From assembly GCA_040882645.1 (NCBI GenBank), contig JBBEAX010000038.1, forward strand, positions 44,164 through 108,163: DNA of 64,000 bases, given 5' to 3'. Origin of the DNA: Acidimicrobiia bacterium. Its GTDB lineage: Bacteria > Actinomycetota > Acidimicrobiia > Spongiisociales > UBA11373. This document shows, in pieces, positions 43,334 to 55,270 of the stretch. The notes beneath the pieces were generated by a model. The model did not search any database. It was not told the DNA's origin and saw nothing but the letters and a program-made list of their open reading frames with translations. Position numbers and translations under genes: made by a program. The stretch's first letter is position 1. The number at the start of each line of letters is the position of its first letter.

Positions 43334-45949
43334 ATGCCCTCCAAACTCGTCATCGTCGAGTCGCCTGCAAAGGCGCGCACCATCGCCGGATTCCTCGGCG
43401 GTGACTTCGTCGTGGAGTCCTCGATCGGGCACGTGCGTGACCTGCCGCGCAGCGCCGCCGACATCCCCAAGTCTCACAAGGAGGAGTCATGGGCGCGGCT
43501 CGGAGTCGACACGGCCAACGACTTCAAGCCGCTGTACATCGTGCCCAAGGAGAAGAGCGCTCAGATCACGAAGCTGAAGAAGTTGGTGAAGGACGCGGAC
43601 GAGGTCTATCTCGCCACCGACGAGGACCGCGAAGGCGAGTCGATCGCATGGCACCTCACCGAGGTTCTCAGCCCGAGGGTGCCCGTGAAGCGAATGGTGT
43701 TCCACGAGATCACCCCGGAGGCCATCCGCCGCGCCATCGACTCGCCGCGCGACCTGGATCGGCGTCTCGTCGACGCGCAGGAGACCCGCCGGATCCTCGA
43801 CCGCCTCGTCGGGTACGAGGTCTCGCCGGTCCTCTGGAAGCTGATTCGGCCCAAGCTGTCTGCCGGGAGGGTGCAGAGCCCGGCGATTCGGATCATCGTC
43901 GAGCGAGAGCGCGAGCGGATGGCGTTCCGGGCGGCCTCGTACTGGGACGTGGCGGGCGTCTTTACGACCGATGACGGGTCCTTCTCCGCCGTACTCGCCG
44001 CACTCGACGGGGTGAGGGTTGCCACGGGGAAAGACTTCGACAGCGTGGGCGCCGTTTCCAAGAACGACGTTGTGTTGCTCGACCAGGAGCGCGCCGAGGA
44101 TGTCGTGGCCGATCTCGAGACCGCCGAGTTCGCCATTCGCCGCGTCGAGAGCAAGCCCTACAAGCGGTCCCCGTATCCGCCGTTTCGGACCTCCACCTTG
44201 CAGCAGGAGGCCGGACGCAAGCTGCGGTTCGGATCGCAGCGCACGATGCAGGTTGCCCAGAAGCTCTACGAGAACGGGTACATCACCTACATGCGCACCG
44301 ACAGCACGTCGCTGTCGGAGACGGCGGTTGCCGCCGCCCGGTCGCAGGTCGCCGAGCTCTACGGCGCCGAGTATCTGCCCGACTCGCCGCGGGTGTACGC
44401 CAGCAAGGTCAAGAACGCCCAGGAGGCCCACGAGGCGATCCGTCCGGCAGGTGATCGTTTTCGCACACCCGACGCGGTTGCCCGGGAACTGAACAAGGAC
44501 GAGGTCCGGCTCTACGACCTCATCTGGAAGCGGACCGTGGCCTCACAGATGGCAGATGCGATCGGCGAGAGCGTCCAGGTGCGGCTTGGCGCCGTGGGGG
44601 CTTCCGGACGCGATGCCGAGTTTGCCGCGTCTGGCAAGGTGATCTCGTTCCCCGGGTTCCTCCGGGCGTATGTTGAGGGCTCCGATGATCCGGAGGCCGA
44701 GCTCGAGGATCAGGAGGTGCGGTTGCCGCCCCTCTCCGAGGGCCAGACCGTCGATGCCGAGAGCTTGGAGGCGGTCGGTCACGAGACCAAACCACCCGCT
44801 CGGTACACCGAGGCATCGCTCGTCAAGAAGCTGGAGGAGTTGGGGATCGGCCGGCCGTCGACGTACGCCTCGATCATCTCGACCATTCAGGATCGCGGGT
44901 ATGTGTGGAAGAAGGGCTCTGCCCTCGTGCCGACCTTTCTCGCCTTTGCGACCGTCCGTCTGCTGGAGAGGCACTTCGCGACGCTGGTCGATTACGGATT
45001 CACCGCGCGCATGGAGGAAGACCTCGATGAGATCGCAGGTGGGGATCGCGAGCACATCCCCTACCTCTCGACGTTCTACTTCGGGAATGGCCACCCCGGG
45101 TTGCTCGATCTGGTGGCCAAGACCTTCGACGACGCCGATGCCAAGGAGATCAACACGATTCCCTTCGGGGGCGGAAGCGGCGATGTGGTGCTCCGGAGTG
45201 GACGGTACGGGCCTTATCTCGAGCGCGGTGAGAGTCGCGTGAGCGTTCCGGACGACCTGGCACCGGACGAGTTGACCGCCGAGAAGGTCGAGGAGTTGTT
45301 CGACGCCCCATCAGGTGAGCGCGAACTCGGCACCGATCCGGAAACCGGACTCGAGGTGGTCGCCAAGACGGGACGGTTCGGGCCTTACGTCATTCTGGTC
45401 GAGCCCGAGGACTCGAAGAAGAAGCCGAAGACGGCTTCGCTGTTCAAGTCGATGAGCCTGGACACGGTCACCCTGGATGACGCCCTCCGTCTTCTGGCGC
45501 TCCCCCGAACTGTCGGCGACGACCCCGAAAGCGGGGAGCCGATCACCGCCCAGGGCGGCAAGTTCGGCCCATACCTCAAGAAGGGTACGGACACCCGTAG
45601 CCTCGAGACAGAGGAGCAGATCTTCGAGGTCGACCTCGAGGGGGCGCTCGAGCTCTTCTCCCAGCCGAAGCGCCGAGGTGCCAGGAACACCGGTCCGCTG
45701 AGGGAGGTGGGCATCGACCCGGAGACCGGGTGCGCAGTCGTGGTGCGCGACGGTCGCTTCGGTCCGTATGTCACCGATGGCTCGGTCAACGCCTCGCTGC
45801 GCCGCGAGGACGCGGTCGAATCGATCTCGATCGAACGCGCCTCCGAGCTGCTCGCCGAACGCCGGGCGAAGCTCGAAGCCGAAGGCAAGAAGATCAAGCC
45901 ATGCAAGAAAGCCTCAGAGGCTGCGGGCGAGTCTCCGGACGCAAAGTAG
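43334..45949 (+). CDS. topA: DNA topoisomerase I
   Basis: The TOPRIM domain starts KLVIVESPAKARTIAGFLG and includes ATDEDREGESIAWH. Active-site region is YITYMRTDS. The C-terminal repeats contain GRFGPY. ATG 43334 is preferred over ATG 43280, which lies inside a leader hairpin. Confidence 0.93.
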   Translation: MPSKLVIVESPAKARTIAGFLGGDFVVESSIGHVRDLPRSAADIPKSHKEESWARLGVDTANDFKPLYIVPKEKSAQITKLKKLVKDADEVYLATDEDREGESIAWHLTEVLSPRVPVKRMVFHEITPEAIRRAIDSPRDLDRRLVDAQETRRILDRLVGYEVSPVLWKLIRPKLSAGRVQSPAIRIIVERERERMAFRAASYWDVAGVFTTDDGSFSAVLAALDGVRVATGKDFDSVGAVSKNDVVLLDQERAEDVVADLETAEFAIRRVESKPYKRSPYPPFRTSTLQQEAGRKLRFGSQRTMQVAQKLYENGYITYMRTDSTSLSETAVAAARSQVAELYGAEYLPDSPRVYASKVKNAQEAHEAIRPAGDRFRTPDAVARELNKDEVRLYDLIWKRTVASQMADAIGESVQVRLGAVGASGRDAEFAASGKVISFPGFLRAYVEGSDDPEAELEDQEVRLPPLSEGQTVDAESLEAVGHETKPPARYTEASLVKKLEELGIGRPSTYASIISTIQDRGYVWKKGSALVPTFLAFATVRLLERHFATLVDYGFTARMEEDLDEIAGGDREHIPYLSTFYFGNGHPGLLDLVAKTFDDADAKEINTIPFGGGSGDVVLRSGRYGPYLERGESRVSVPDDLAPDELTAEKVEELFDAPSGERELGTDPETGLEVVAKTGRFGPYVILVEPEDSKKKPKTASLFKSMSLDTVTLDDALRLLALPRTVGDDPESGEPITAQGGKFGPYLKKGTDTRSLETEEQIFEVDLEGALELFSQPKRRGARNTGPLREVGIDPETGCAVVVRDGRFGPYVTDGSVNASLRREDAVESISIERASELLAERRAKLEAEGKKIKPCKKASEAAGESPDAK

Positions 45950-45959
45950 CTCTCGGTGG

Positions 45960-46130
45960 CCAACGGCCCACGGCCTACGGCCGACGGCAAGAGCGTGTGG
46001 CCCGGTAGGTGGTGAGTTCTGCGTGGACCGGGGACTGTTGACTGTCCGCAAGCTGTTGGCTGTTGGCTGTTGGCTGTTGGCTGTTGGCTGTTGGCTGTTG
46101 GCTGTTGGCTGTCGGCCCGTGGGCCGTTTG
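45960..46130. repeat. nested: NNNACGG x4 arm, (GCTGTTG)x8 + GCTGTCG, complementary CCGTNNN arm
   Basis: CCAACGG CCCACGG CCTACGG CCGACGG lies at 45960-45987. The 63-nt array at 46052-46114 is the longest perfect array in the window. CCGTGGG CCGTTTG lies at 46117-46130. Confidence 0.92.
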
Positions 46131-46169
46131 TCGGGAGGGTCCAATAGAGGGCTCTGATAGCCTCATCGG

Positions 46170-47606
46170 GTGACTCAGGTAACCGGGGCCGTACCTCGAT
46201 CGGCGTGGGCGCTGATGCGGTCGGGCCCCTTTTCGCGGCTGTGGCGCGCCGGGTTGATCAGCAGTACCGGCGATTGGGTGGCGATCCTCGCCACCCTCAC
46301 CCTCGCGGATGAGTTGGCTGGTGGCGGGGGCATCGTGCTCGCCCTCATGTCCCGGGTCGTCCCCGGGCTCTTCTTCGCGGCCATCGGCGGCGTCATCGCC
46401 GATCGGCTCCCTCGCAAGTATGTGATGATCGCGGTCGAGATCGGGCGAGCCTGCCTCGTTTTCAGTCTGGCTTTCGTCGAGACGATCAGTGCTCTCATTT
46501 ACGTGAGCCTGGCGATGGAAGCGCTCACCCTCATCTTTCAGCCGGCGAAGGAGGCCACGGTGCCGACACTCGTGGCACGCAGCGAGATCGTCAGGGCGAA
46601 CAGCCTCTCGCTGAGCGCGGCGTACGGGACCTTTCCGCTCGGCGCGGCGATCTTCACCGCGATCGCACCGATCAGCGACGACTTCACGCTTGGTGGTCTC
46701 CTACCGGGGACAGTGGTGGGCCTCGCCTTTCTATTGGACGCGTTGACCTACATCGCGTCTGCCCTGATCCTCACCACCCTCCCCGCGCAGGCGAGGCGGC
46801 AGCGGCGGCCCGGGCAGAAGCGGAGCTTCAGCCTGATGGTGCCGCTGCGCGACCTGTGGGAGGGGATCACGTTCGTGGCCAGCCACCGGAGGATTCGCTC
46901 GGTCGTGCTTGCGATGACAGTCGCGCTCGCCGGCGGCGGGATCATTGTCGTGCTCGGCAAGCCGTTCGCCACCTCGGTGCTCGGTGCGGGCACGGTTGGT
47001 TTCCCCGCGCTGCTGACCGCTTTCGGACTCGGCGCCGGAGCCGGGATCGTGGGTGTCACGATCTGGGGGCCACGGTTCCAGAACAAGGACGTGGTCTTCT
47101 CGATCGCTTTGCTGGTGACCGGGGTATCGCTTGCCTCTGCCGCCTTCGTCAAGACGCTCTTCGGCGGGGTCGGCTGGATCTCGGCGATGGGTCTTGGGGC
47201 CGGCGCGGCCTATGTGCTGGGATTCGCTCACCTCCACGAACAGACCGAGGACGAATTGCGGGGGCGCACCTTCGCTGCGCTTCTGTCATTGATGAGAATC
47301 GGCCTGCTGACGGCGATGATGGTCGCCATCCCGCTCTCCAATCTCCTCGACGGGGTCCTGCCCGGACTCATGTCCAGTGGATCGCGGATGATGCTGCTGG
47401 TTGGCGGTGTCACGATTCTCGGAAGCGGGCTGGTGACCATGTGGAGCGTTCGTCGGAGCCTGATCGCCCTCGGCCAAATCGGTGAGCGTCCCGAGGTCGA
47501 CACTGCCCTCGAGGCGATGCGACATCACCGGAAGCGGATTGCGGGACTCGAGGAGACCAACGAGGTGGATGTCGTCCGGATGGACCCCAAGGGCGGAGGC
47601 GAGTGA
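46170..47606 (+). CDS. MFS transporter
   Basis: 478-aa protein with 12 TM segments and the DRLPRKYVM loop. Confidence 0.8.
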   Translation: MTQVTGAVPRSAWALMRSGPFSRLWRAGLISSTGDWVAILATLTLADELAGGGGIVLALMSRVVPGLFFAAIGGVIADRLPRKYVMIAVEIGRACLVFSLAFVETISALIYVSLAMEALTLIFQPAKEATVPTLVARSEIVRANSLSLSAAYGTFPLGAAIFTAIAPISDDFTLGGLLPGTVVGLAFLLDALTYIASALILTTLPAQARRQRRPGQKRSFSLMVPLRDLWEGITFVASHRRIRSVVLAMTVALAGGGIIVVLGKPFATSVLGAGTVGFPALLTAFGLGAGAGIVGVTIWGPRFQNKDVVFSIALLVTGVSLASAAFVKTLFGGVGWISAMGLGAGAAYVLGFAHLHEQTEDELRGRTFAALLSLMRIGLLTAMMVAIPLSNLLDGVLPGLMSSGSRMMLLVGGVTILGSGLVTMWSVRRSLIALGQIGERPEVDTALEAMRHHRKRIAGLEETNEVDVVRMDPKGGGE

Positions 47607-48208
47607 CCCGCTACGCAGCCATCGAAGGTGTCGACGGCGCCGGGAAGTCGACGGTCGCGTCGGGAGTGGCCATGGCTCTGGAGCAGCGAGGCATCGAAGT
47701 GGTGCGGGTGCGTGAGCCGGGGGGTACCCCCGCGGGGGAGGCGATCAGGTCGATCCTGCTCGGTAGCTCATCCGACCTCGCCGATTGGACCGAGGCGCTG
47801 CTGTTCGCCGCTGCCCGCGCCCAGCTGGCCTCCTTGATCGTTGGTCCTGCCCTCGCTGCCGGCAAGACGGTGATCTCTGACCGCAGCGTCTACTCCTCGC
47901 TGGCGTACCAGGGCGCGGGCCGCGGGCTCGACCTCGAGGCCGTCCGCCGGGTGAACGAAACCGGTCTCGGGGGCGTGTGGCCCGACACCGTCCTGCTGCT
48001 GCGCCTCGACCCGGACCATGGGCTGGCCCGTGAAGACGAAGCCGACCGCATTTCGCTGGCCGGGGCCGACCTGCACCGGCGGGTGGCGGAGGCGTATGGC
48101 CGGCTAGCCGAATCCGAGCCCGACCGCTTTGTCGTCATCGATGCTTCGGGCTCGATCGACGAGGTGGTTGGCGCGGCGATGGCCGCCCTCGACGGCCGGT
48201 GGCATTGA
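47603..48208 (+). CDS. tmk: dTMP kinase
   Basis: P-loop IEGVDGAGKST, then REPGGT and the DR.. lid. GTGA overlap with the upstream gene. Confidence 0.9.
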   Translation: MTRYAAIEGVDGAGKSTVASGVAMALEQRGIEVVRVREPGGTPAGEAIRSILLGSSSDLADWTEALLFAAARAQLASLIVGPALAAGKTVISDRSVYSSLAYQGAGRGLDLEAVRRVNETGLGGVWPDTVLLLRLDPDHGLAREDEADRISLAGADLHRRVAEAYGRLAESEPDRFVVIDASGSIDEVVGAAMAALDGRWH

Positions 48209-49263
48209 TGTTCCGCGAGATCATCGGCCACCGAGCCGTCCTCGAGATGCTCGAGGGCGACCTCAAGCAGCCTTCGCACGCGTATATGTTCGTTGGCCCG
48301 GGCAGCGTCGGTAAGGCAACGGTGGCTCGGCTCTTCGCCGCCCACATTCTCTGCGGAGACGACGAGCGGGACGTCCGTCGGGCGTTGGCCGGCCACCACC
48401 CGGACCTGGTGCTCGTCGAACCCGACGGACGGTCGGCGCTCACCGTCGATCGTGCGCGCGACACGGTGGCTCGATCGGTGCTCACCCCGGTTGAGGCCAC
48501 TCGCAAGGTGTTCGTGTTCGAGGAGGCGGGCGCGATGAATGACGAGGCGGCCAACGCCCTGCTCAAGACACTCGAGGAGCCGTCGGCGACCACGATGTTC
48601 GTGCTCGTGGTCGAGTCGCTCGACGACCTCCCCGCGACGGTGTCGAGTCGCTCTCGGACCGTTTTCTTCGGCCGGGTGCCCGAGGCCGAGATCGCCCGGG
48701 CGCTGGTGGAGCAAGGGATCTCGGCGGATCAGGCTGAGCGGGTTGCGACATCGTCGGGCGGCCGTCCGGGTATCGCCCTGATGCTGGCGACCCGTCCCGA
48801 AGTAGCGGCGTTTCGCAGCGCCTGGCTCTCCGTTCCGATGCGAGTCACCCCGAGCCCGGGGGATGCGTACCGGCTGGCCGAGGAGTTGGTGGGTGCCGTC
48901 GAACCCCTTCTCGGGGGCCTGGGCGATCGTCATGCCCTGGAACTCTCCCAAGGCGAAGACCAGGGCCACGACCTCCGGATGATCAAGGAGCGTCACGAGC
49001 GCGAGCGCCGGAGAGCGGGTGCCGCCCTGCACACCGCCGGCCTCGAGATTCTTGCCTCCTGGTATCGGGACGCCGCGGTCGCCCAGTACGGCGGACCGGT
49101 GCGGAATCGTGATGTCAGTGGGGCTGATCTGGCGGAAGTGTCGGCTCGAGGTGCTGTCACGAAGGCCCATCGCGTTCTCGACGCCGTCGACTCCCTGAAC
49201 GCCAACCAACGACCCGAGCTCGCCTTCGGGGCGCTGTTTGCCGACCTTGGAACCGCGACTTAG
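48199..49263 (+). CDS. holB: DNA polymerase III subunit delta'
   Basis: Contains HAYMFVGPGSVGKAT and NALLKTLEEP. Has the conserved position after tmk. Confidence 0.85.
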   Translation: MALMFREIIGHRAVLEMLEGDLKQPSHAYMFVGPGSVGKATVARLFAAHILCGDDERDVRRALAGHHPDLVLVEPDGRSALTVDRARDTVARSVLTPVEATRKVFVFEEAGAMNDEAANALLKTLEEPSATTMFVLVVESLDDLPATVSSRSRTVFFGRVPEAEIARALVEQGISADQAERVATSSGGRPGIALMLATRPEVAAFRSAWLSVPMRVTPSPGDAYRLAEELVGAVEPLLGGLGDRHALELSQGEDQGHDLRMIKERHERERRRAGAALHTAGLEILASWYRDAAVAQYGGPVRNRDVSGADLAEVSARGAVTKAHRVLDAVDSLNANQRPELAFGALFADLGTAT

Positions 49264-49294
49264 GCCCGGCTTCCCGTTCGGTGCCCGGCCCTCG

Positions 49295-49909
49295 ATGAGG
49301 GTCGCCCGCCCGGTGGGCATCGTCCTTTCTCGGTTGTGGGCAGACTTCGAGCGAATCGGCCCAAAGCTCCCAGCCGGGCCCCTCGTGCTCGCAGCCAATC
49401 ACTATTCCCATGTGGACCCGGTGGTGGTGAGCTTCGCTGCTGGTCGACCGGTCAGATTCCTCGCAGTCGACGAGTTGTTCGGTAGGTCGACCATCTTCGA
49501 CCGACTCACACTCTGGCTCGGGGCCATTCCGATGTCGCGGACGAGGGCGCCGCTCGGAGCGCTGCGCCTGGCCCTCGCCGAGCTCGCCGCCGGGGGTACC
49601 GTTGGGCTGTTCCCCGAGGGCGTTCGCGTATGGGCGTGGGGTGAGGTCGAGCCCAAGCGCGGAGCTGCCTGGCTGGCGCGCCGCGCCGGGGTGCCGCTGG
49701 TCCCCATGGCGATTGCGGGCACCGACATGGTGCTGGGACGTGGCGCCCGGCGCCCCTCGCGCCACCCGGTGACCGTGGAGGCCTGCGAGCCCATCTACCC
49801 GGGTGACTACCCGCCAGGGGGTGACCCGGCGGGAGCAATGACCAGAGAGTGGGAGCGGCGCATCGACGCGGCGCTGCGCGCTGCCGGCCAGAGGCGTGAG
49901 AGGAATTGA
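49295..49909 (+). CDS. lysophospholipid (1-acyl-sn-glycerol-3-phosphate) acyltransferase family protein
   Basis: HX4D motif NHYSHVDP and an FPEG motif. The start is uncertain (49238 or 49295). Confidence 0.75.
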   Translation: MRVARPVGIVLSRLWADFERIGPKLPAGPLVLAANHYSHVDPVVVSFAAGRPVRFLAVDELFGRSTIFDRLTLWLGAIPMSRTRAPLGALRLALAELAAGGTVGLFPEGVRVWAWGEVEPKRGAAWLARRAGVPLVPMAIAGTDMVLGRGARRPSRHPVTVEACEPIYPGDYPPGGDPAGAMTREWERRIDAALRAAGQRRERN

Positions 49910-49954
49910 CACCCGAGGACGGTTTGCATCGCTCACCGCCTTACGCTCTGGGCA

Positions 49955-50869
49955 ATGCGCTTCTTGATCGCTGGTTCATCGGGACTGATCGGATCCGCTC
50001 TCGCCGATAGCCTCATCGGTGAGGGCCACGAGGTCGTGCGCCTCGTCCGCCCCGATACGAACGCCGACGGAATCCCCTGGGACCCTCCGAATCCGCTCGC
50101 ACCCCACATGGTCGAGGGCTTCGACGGCGTCGCCAACTTCGGGGGACGGTCGATCGGGGAGCGGCGTTGGTCCGACCGAGAGAAGCGCCTCTTGTGGGAC
50201 AGCCGGGTAGGTCCTACCCGGGTGCTGGCAGAGGCACTTGCCGCCACGACTGCCAGACCCGCAGTGTTGGTGAACGGTTCGGCGATCGGGTTCTTCGGCG
50301 ACGGCGGCGACCGAGTCCTCACCGATGATGCCCCCAAAGGTGAGGGGTTCCTCACCGACCTCACCGCGGCCTGGGAGGCGGCCACCGCACCCGCGTCTGC
50401 CGTGGGGATCAGAGTGGTCACGCCGCGATCCGGGATCGTGCTCAGCCCCGACGGCGGTGCCCTGGGCAGGCTGCTCGCCCCGTTCGGGCCCCGGTGGCTG
50501 AGCCCGTATCGGTGGGGCTTGGGGGGGCCGGTGGCCGGGGGGAAGATGTATTGGTCGTGGATCTCTCTCCGCGATGAGGTGGCCGGCATACGCCACTTGC
50601 TCGTCGACTCGCAACTTGCAGGCCCGGTGAACCTGGTGTCTCCCCAGCCGGTCACCAACCGAGTGTTCATCAAGACCCTCGGTCGTGTCATTCGCCGCCC
50701 CACGGTTATGCCGATACCGGGGTTCGTGCTGAAGGTCGTGCTCGGGAGCGAACTCGCCGACGCTCTGGTCCTCGAAGGGCAGCGCGCCGTTCCCGCCCGC
50801 CTCCAAGCGGATGGCTTCGTGTTCACCGACACCGACTTGGAGCTGGCGATGCGGGAAGCGCTGGCGTAG
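49955..50869 (+). CDS. TIGR01777-type NAD-dependent epimerase-like protein (DUF1731 C-terminus)
   Basis: Rossmann N-terminus MRFLIAGSSGLIGSAL and a YfcH-like length and C-terminal region. Confidence 0.78.
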   Translation: MRFLIAGSSGLIGSALADSLIGEGHEVVRLVRPDTNADGIPWDPPNPLAPHMVEGFDGVANFGGRSIGERRWSDREKRLLWDSRVGPTRVLAEALAATTARPAVLVNGSAIGFFGDGGDRVLTDDAPKGEGFLTDLTAAWEAATAPASAVGIRVVTPRSGIVLSPDGGALGRLLAPFGPRWLSPYRWGLGGPVAGGKMYWSWISLRDEVAGIRHLLVDSQLAGPVNLVSPQPVTNRVFIKTLGRVIRRPTVMPIPGFVLKVVLGSELADALVLEGQRAVPARLQADGFVFTDTDLELAMREALA

Positions 50870-50914
50870 AGGTTCGTTTTCCTGGCACCGCTTACTGTGT
50901 GCCAACATGGCGCC

Positions 50915-52084
50915 ATGACCATCACTGCGAAGACCGTCGAGGGATCGATCGACCGTCTGCTGGCGGAACACGACCCGAAGGGCGACCCCGTCGAATTCCT
51001 CGGTGCCCGTTACGACATGGGCCTGGCGTGGGTGTGGTTCCCCGAAGGCCTTGGAGGGCTGGAGGCCCCGCGCGGCCTGCAGACCGTGGTCGAGCAGCGG
51101 CTGGCCGACGCTGGCGCGCCCCATCCCGCCCGTTTCAACGCGCTCGGGGTGGGCATGGGCGCCCACGTGCTGATGGAGCATGGCACCGAGGCCCAGCAAC
51201 GCCAGTGGCTCCGCCCGATGTTTACCGGCGAGGAGATCTGGTGTCAGATGTTCTCGGAGCCGGGAGCGGGCTCGGATGTGGCCGCCCTGGCCATGAAGGC
51301 GCTTCGCGATGGCGACGAGTGGGTGGTGAACGGTCAGAAGGTCTGGACCACGCTGGCCCACGTGGCCAAGTGGGGGATGCTTGTGGTCCGGACCGATCCC
51401 GAGGTTCCCAAGCATCAGGGCATGTCGTACTTCATCGTCGACATGAAATCTCCGGGAGTCGAGGTGAGACCCCTCCGCCAGATCACCGGTGAGGCCGAGT
51501 TCAACGAGGTCTACTTCGACGACGCGCGAATTCCCGACGAGAACCGCATCGGCGAGGTTGGCGACGGGTGGAGGGTGGCGCTGACGACGCTGATGAACGA
51601 GCGGGTCGCCATCGGTGGCACGATCGCCCCCCGGGCCGCAGGCCCGATCGGTGAGGCGGTGCGGGTGTGGAAGGAGTACGGCCACGACGACGCCGCCGCT
51701 CGTGACAGGCTCATGTCGCTCTGGGTGCGCGCCGAGGCTGCCCGACTCACCAACCTGCGCGCCGGCCAGATGCGGTTGATCGGTACTCCTGGACCCGAAG
51801 GATCCACCGCCAAGCTGGTCTACGCCGAATTGAACAAGAAGATCTACGAATTCGTAGTCGAGTTGATGGGACCGGAGGGGATGCTCTACGACTCGTACCA
51901 GATGACCCGGCCTGACGAGTTCACCAGCCACCCTCCGGTCAAGGCGTTTCTTAGGGCGCGGGCGAATTCGATCGAGGGCGGAACCTCCGAGATCATGAAG
52001 AACATCCTCGGCGAGCGCGTCCTGGGTCTCGCCGGGGAGCCCCGGGTCGACAAGGACCTCCCCTGGAGTCAAGTGCCGCGATAG
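50915..52084 (+). CDS. acyl-CoA dehydrogenase family protein
   Basis: ACAD blocks include WCQMFSEPGAGSD and QKVWTT. The C-terminal IEGGTSEIMKNILGERVLGL motif is also present. Confidence 0.85.
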   Translation: MTITAKTVEGSIDRLLAEHDPKGDPVEFLGARYDMGLAWVWFPEGLGGLEAPRGLQTVVEQRLADAGAPHPARFNALGVGMGAHVLMEHGTEAQQRQWLRPMFTGEEIWCQMFSEPGAGSDVAALAMKALRDGDEWVVNGQKVWTTLAHVAKWGMLVVRTDPEVPKHQGMSYFIVDMKSPGVEVRPLRQITGEAEFNEVYFDDARIPDENRIGEVGDGWRVALTTLMNERVAIGGTIAPRAAGPIGEAVRVWKEYGHDDAAARDRLMSLWVRAEAARLTNLRAGQMRLIGTPGPEGSTAKLVYAELNKKIYEFVVELMGPEGMLYDSYQMTRPDEFTSHPPVKAFLRARANSIEGGTSEIMKNILGERVLGLAGEPRVDKDLPWSQVPR

Positions 52085-52220
52085 CCGCTCCAGTCTCCGG
52101 CAAGAGGCGAAGGGTGAAACCCGGCCAGGCCAGGCCAGGACAGGTCTGCGGAAATACCACGCTCCGCGCGCGGGTAACACCACAATCACATTGTTGTGAT
52201 TTCCAGGGTGGAGTACCCGG

Positions 52221-52517
52221 ATGCCAATGTTCCGCGAGGTTCGGTCCCGTCGGGCGTGGCGGCGAGAGCTCGCTGACCAGCTCGCAGAGCGACTCGATGA
52301 TGAGGGAAGTCTGCGTTTCGTCGGCTCGCGTCCGGACGACCGGCGGGAGATGCTGCGAATCGCCGAGCTGCTGCCCGACGACGTGATCGCGGAGCTCTAC
52401 GAGGACCTCAATTATCCGGGCCTGACTTTCATGGAACTCCGGTTCGTGCAGCCCCCTGTCCGCTACGACCAGGGCCTCCGGATCGTCTATCCCGATCGGA
52501 GCGAACGGACTGGGTAG
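52221..52517 (+). CDS. hypothetical protein (98 aa)
   Basis: GC3-biased ORF with GGTGGAG 7 nt upstream of the ATG. I recognise no family. Confidence 0.45.
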   Translation: MPMFREVRSRRAWRRELADQLAERLDDEGSLRFVGSRPDDRREMLRIAELLPDDVIAELYEDLNYPGLTFMELRFVQPPVRYDQGLRIVYPDRSERTG

Positions 52518-52523
52518 GCGGTT

Positions 52524-54547
<2,024 letters not shown>

Positions 54548-54551
<4 letters not shown>

Positions 54552-54576
54552 TACCCCACCCTGGGTGGGGTAGTGT
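54548..54576. promoter_or_regulatory. perfect 14-1-14 palindrome, CsoR-like operator candidate
   Basis: ACACTACCCCACCC-T-GGGTGGGGTAGTGT lies between, and overlaps, the 5' ends of the divergent CopB-like ATPase and cytochrome c genes. Confidence 0.6.
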
Positions 54577-54607
54577 GTCGACTTCTCCAGCGGACGAGAG
54601 GGTCCCC

Positions 54608-55045
54608 ATGGGTGCTGCCCGGAAGAAATCGCGATCGCCGACGCCGAATCGGATTGTCTGGTGGGTTGCCGGAATTCTCGGGGCAGTCCTCATCGTCTTC
54701 GTCGCAGTGACGTCGGCACCGCCAGGGACGACTTCATCGACCGATCCGGCCACCGTCGCCGCAGGAGAGAGGCTCTACCTCGACAACTGTGCGGTCTGCC
54801 ACGGGTCCGACCTGATGGGCACGACCACGGGACCACCGTTCTTGCACGTCATCTACGCCCCCAACCACCATTCGGATGAGGCGTTCCAGCAAGCGGTCGC
54901 CTCGGGTGTGGTGCCGCACCACTGGACCTTCGGCACGATGGCTCCGCTGTCCCACCTGACCAGGGCCGACGTCGCCAAGATCGTCGCCTTCGTGCGGGCG
55001 GAACAGCAGGCCGCGGGGATCACGCAAGATCCAAGTCATCCATGA
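54608..55045 (+). CDS. membrane-anchored class I c-type cytochrome
   Basis: N-terminal TM, a CAVCHG haem-binding motif and a downstream GTMAPL Met ligand candidate. ATG 54608 follows GAGAGGG. The ORF-track start at 54575 is an alternative. Confidence 0.72.
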   Translation: MGAARKKSRSPTPNRIVWWVAGILGAVLIVFVAVTSAPPGTTSSTDPATVAAGERLYLDNCAVCHGSDLMGTTTGPPFLHVIYAPNHHSDEAFQQAVASGVVPHHWTFGTMAPLSHLTRADVAKIVAFVRAEQQAAGITQDPSHP

Positions 55046-55130
55046 GAAGAGAGTCAAGAGTCAAGAATCAAGAAGTCACAGGCGTCGTCCGGTCTTGGCT
55101 CTTGATTCTTGACTCTTGATTCCTGGCTCT
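55046..55130. repeat. CAAGARY heptad hairpin
   Basis: CAAGAGT CAAGAAT CAAGAAG lies at 55055-55075. GGTCTTG GCTCTTG ATTCTTG ACTCTTG ATTCCTG lies at 55091-55125. The hairpin sits between the cytochrome c stop and tRNA-Thr. Confidence 0.9.
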
Positions 55131-55146
55131 ACCATTCCTCGCCGCC

Positions 55147-55221
55147 GCCGGAGTAGCTCAGGGGTAGAGCAGCTCACTCGTAATGAGCAGGTCCGGGGTT
55201 CAAATCCCCGCTCCGGCTCCA
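55147..55221 (+). tRNA. tRNA-Thr (anticodon CGT), CCA encoded
   Basis: Folded by hand. Acceptor stem is GCCGGAG/CTCCGGC and D arm is GCTC-AGGGGTA-GAGC. The anticodon arm is GCTCA-CTCGTAA-TGAGC and the T arm is CGGGG-TTCAAAT-CCCCG. Discriminator T is followed by CCA. Confidence 0.9.
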
Positions 55222-55270
55222 CCGTCGCATTCGGGACCACCGATCCGACGGGAGCCTGCCCGGAAGGGGC

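Noticed and set aside
46052-46114. Whether the tandem arrays could be CRISPR arrays.
   Set aside because: The unit length is 7 nt with no spacers, no cas genes and no leader. CRISPR repeats are 21-48 nt, separated by unique spacers.
52184-52201. AATCACA-TTGT-TGTGATT inverted repeat upstream of the 98-aa hypothetical gene, as an operator.
   Set aside because: It has only 7-bp arms in the one AT-richer patch. There is no nearby regulator and no second copy in the window.
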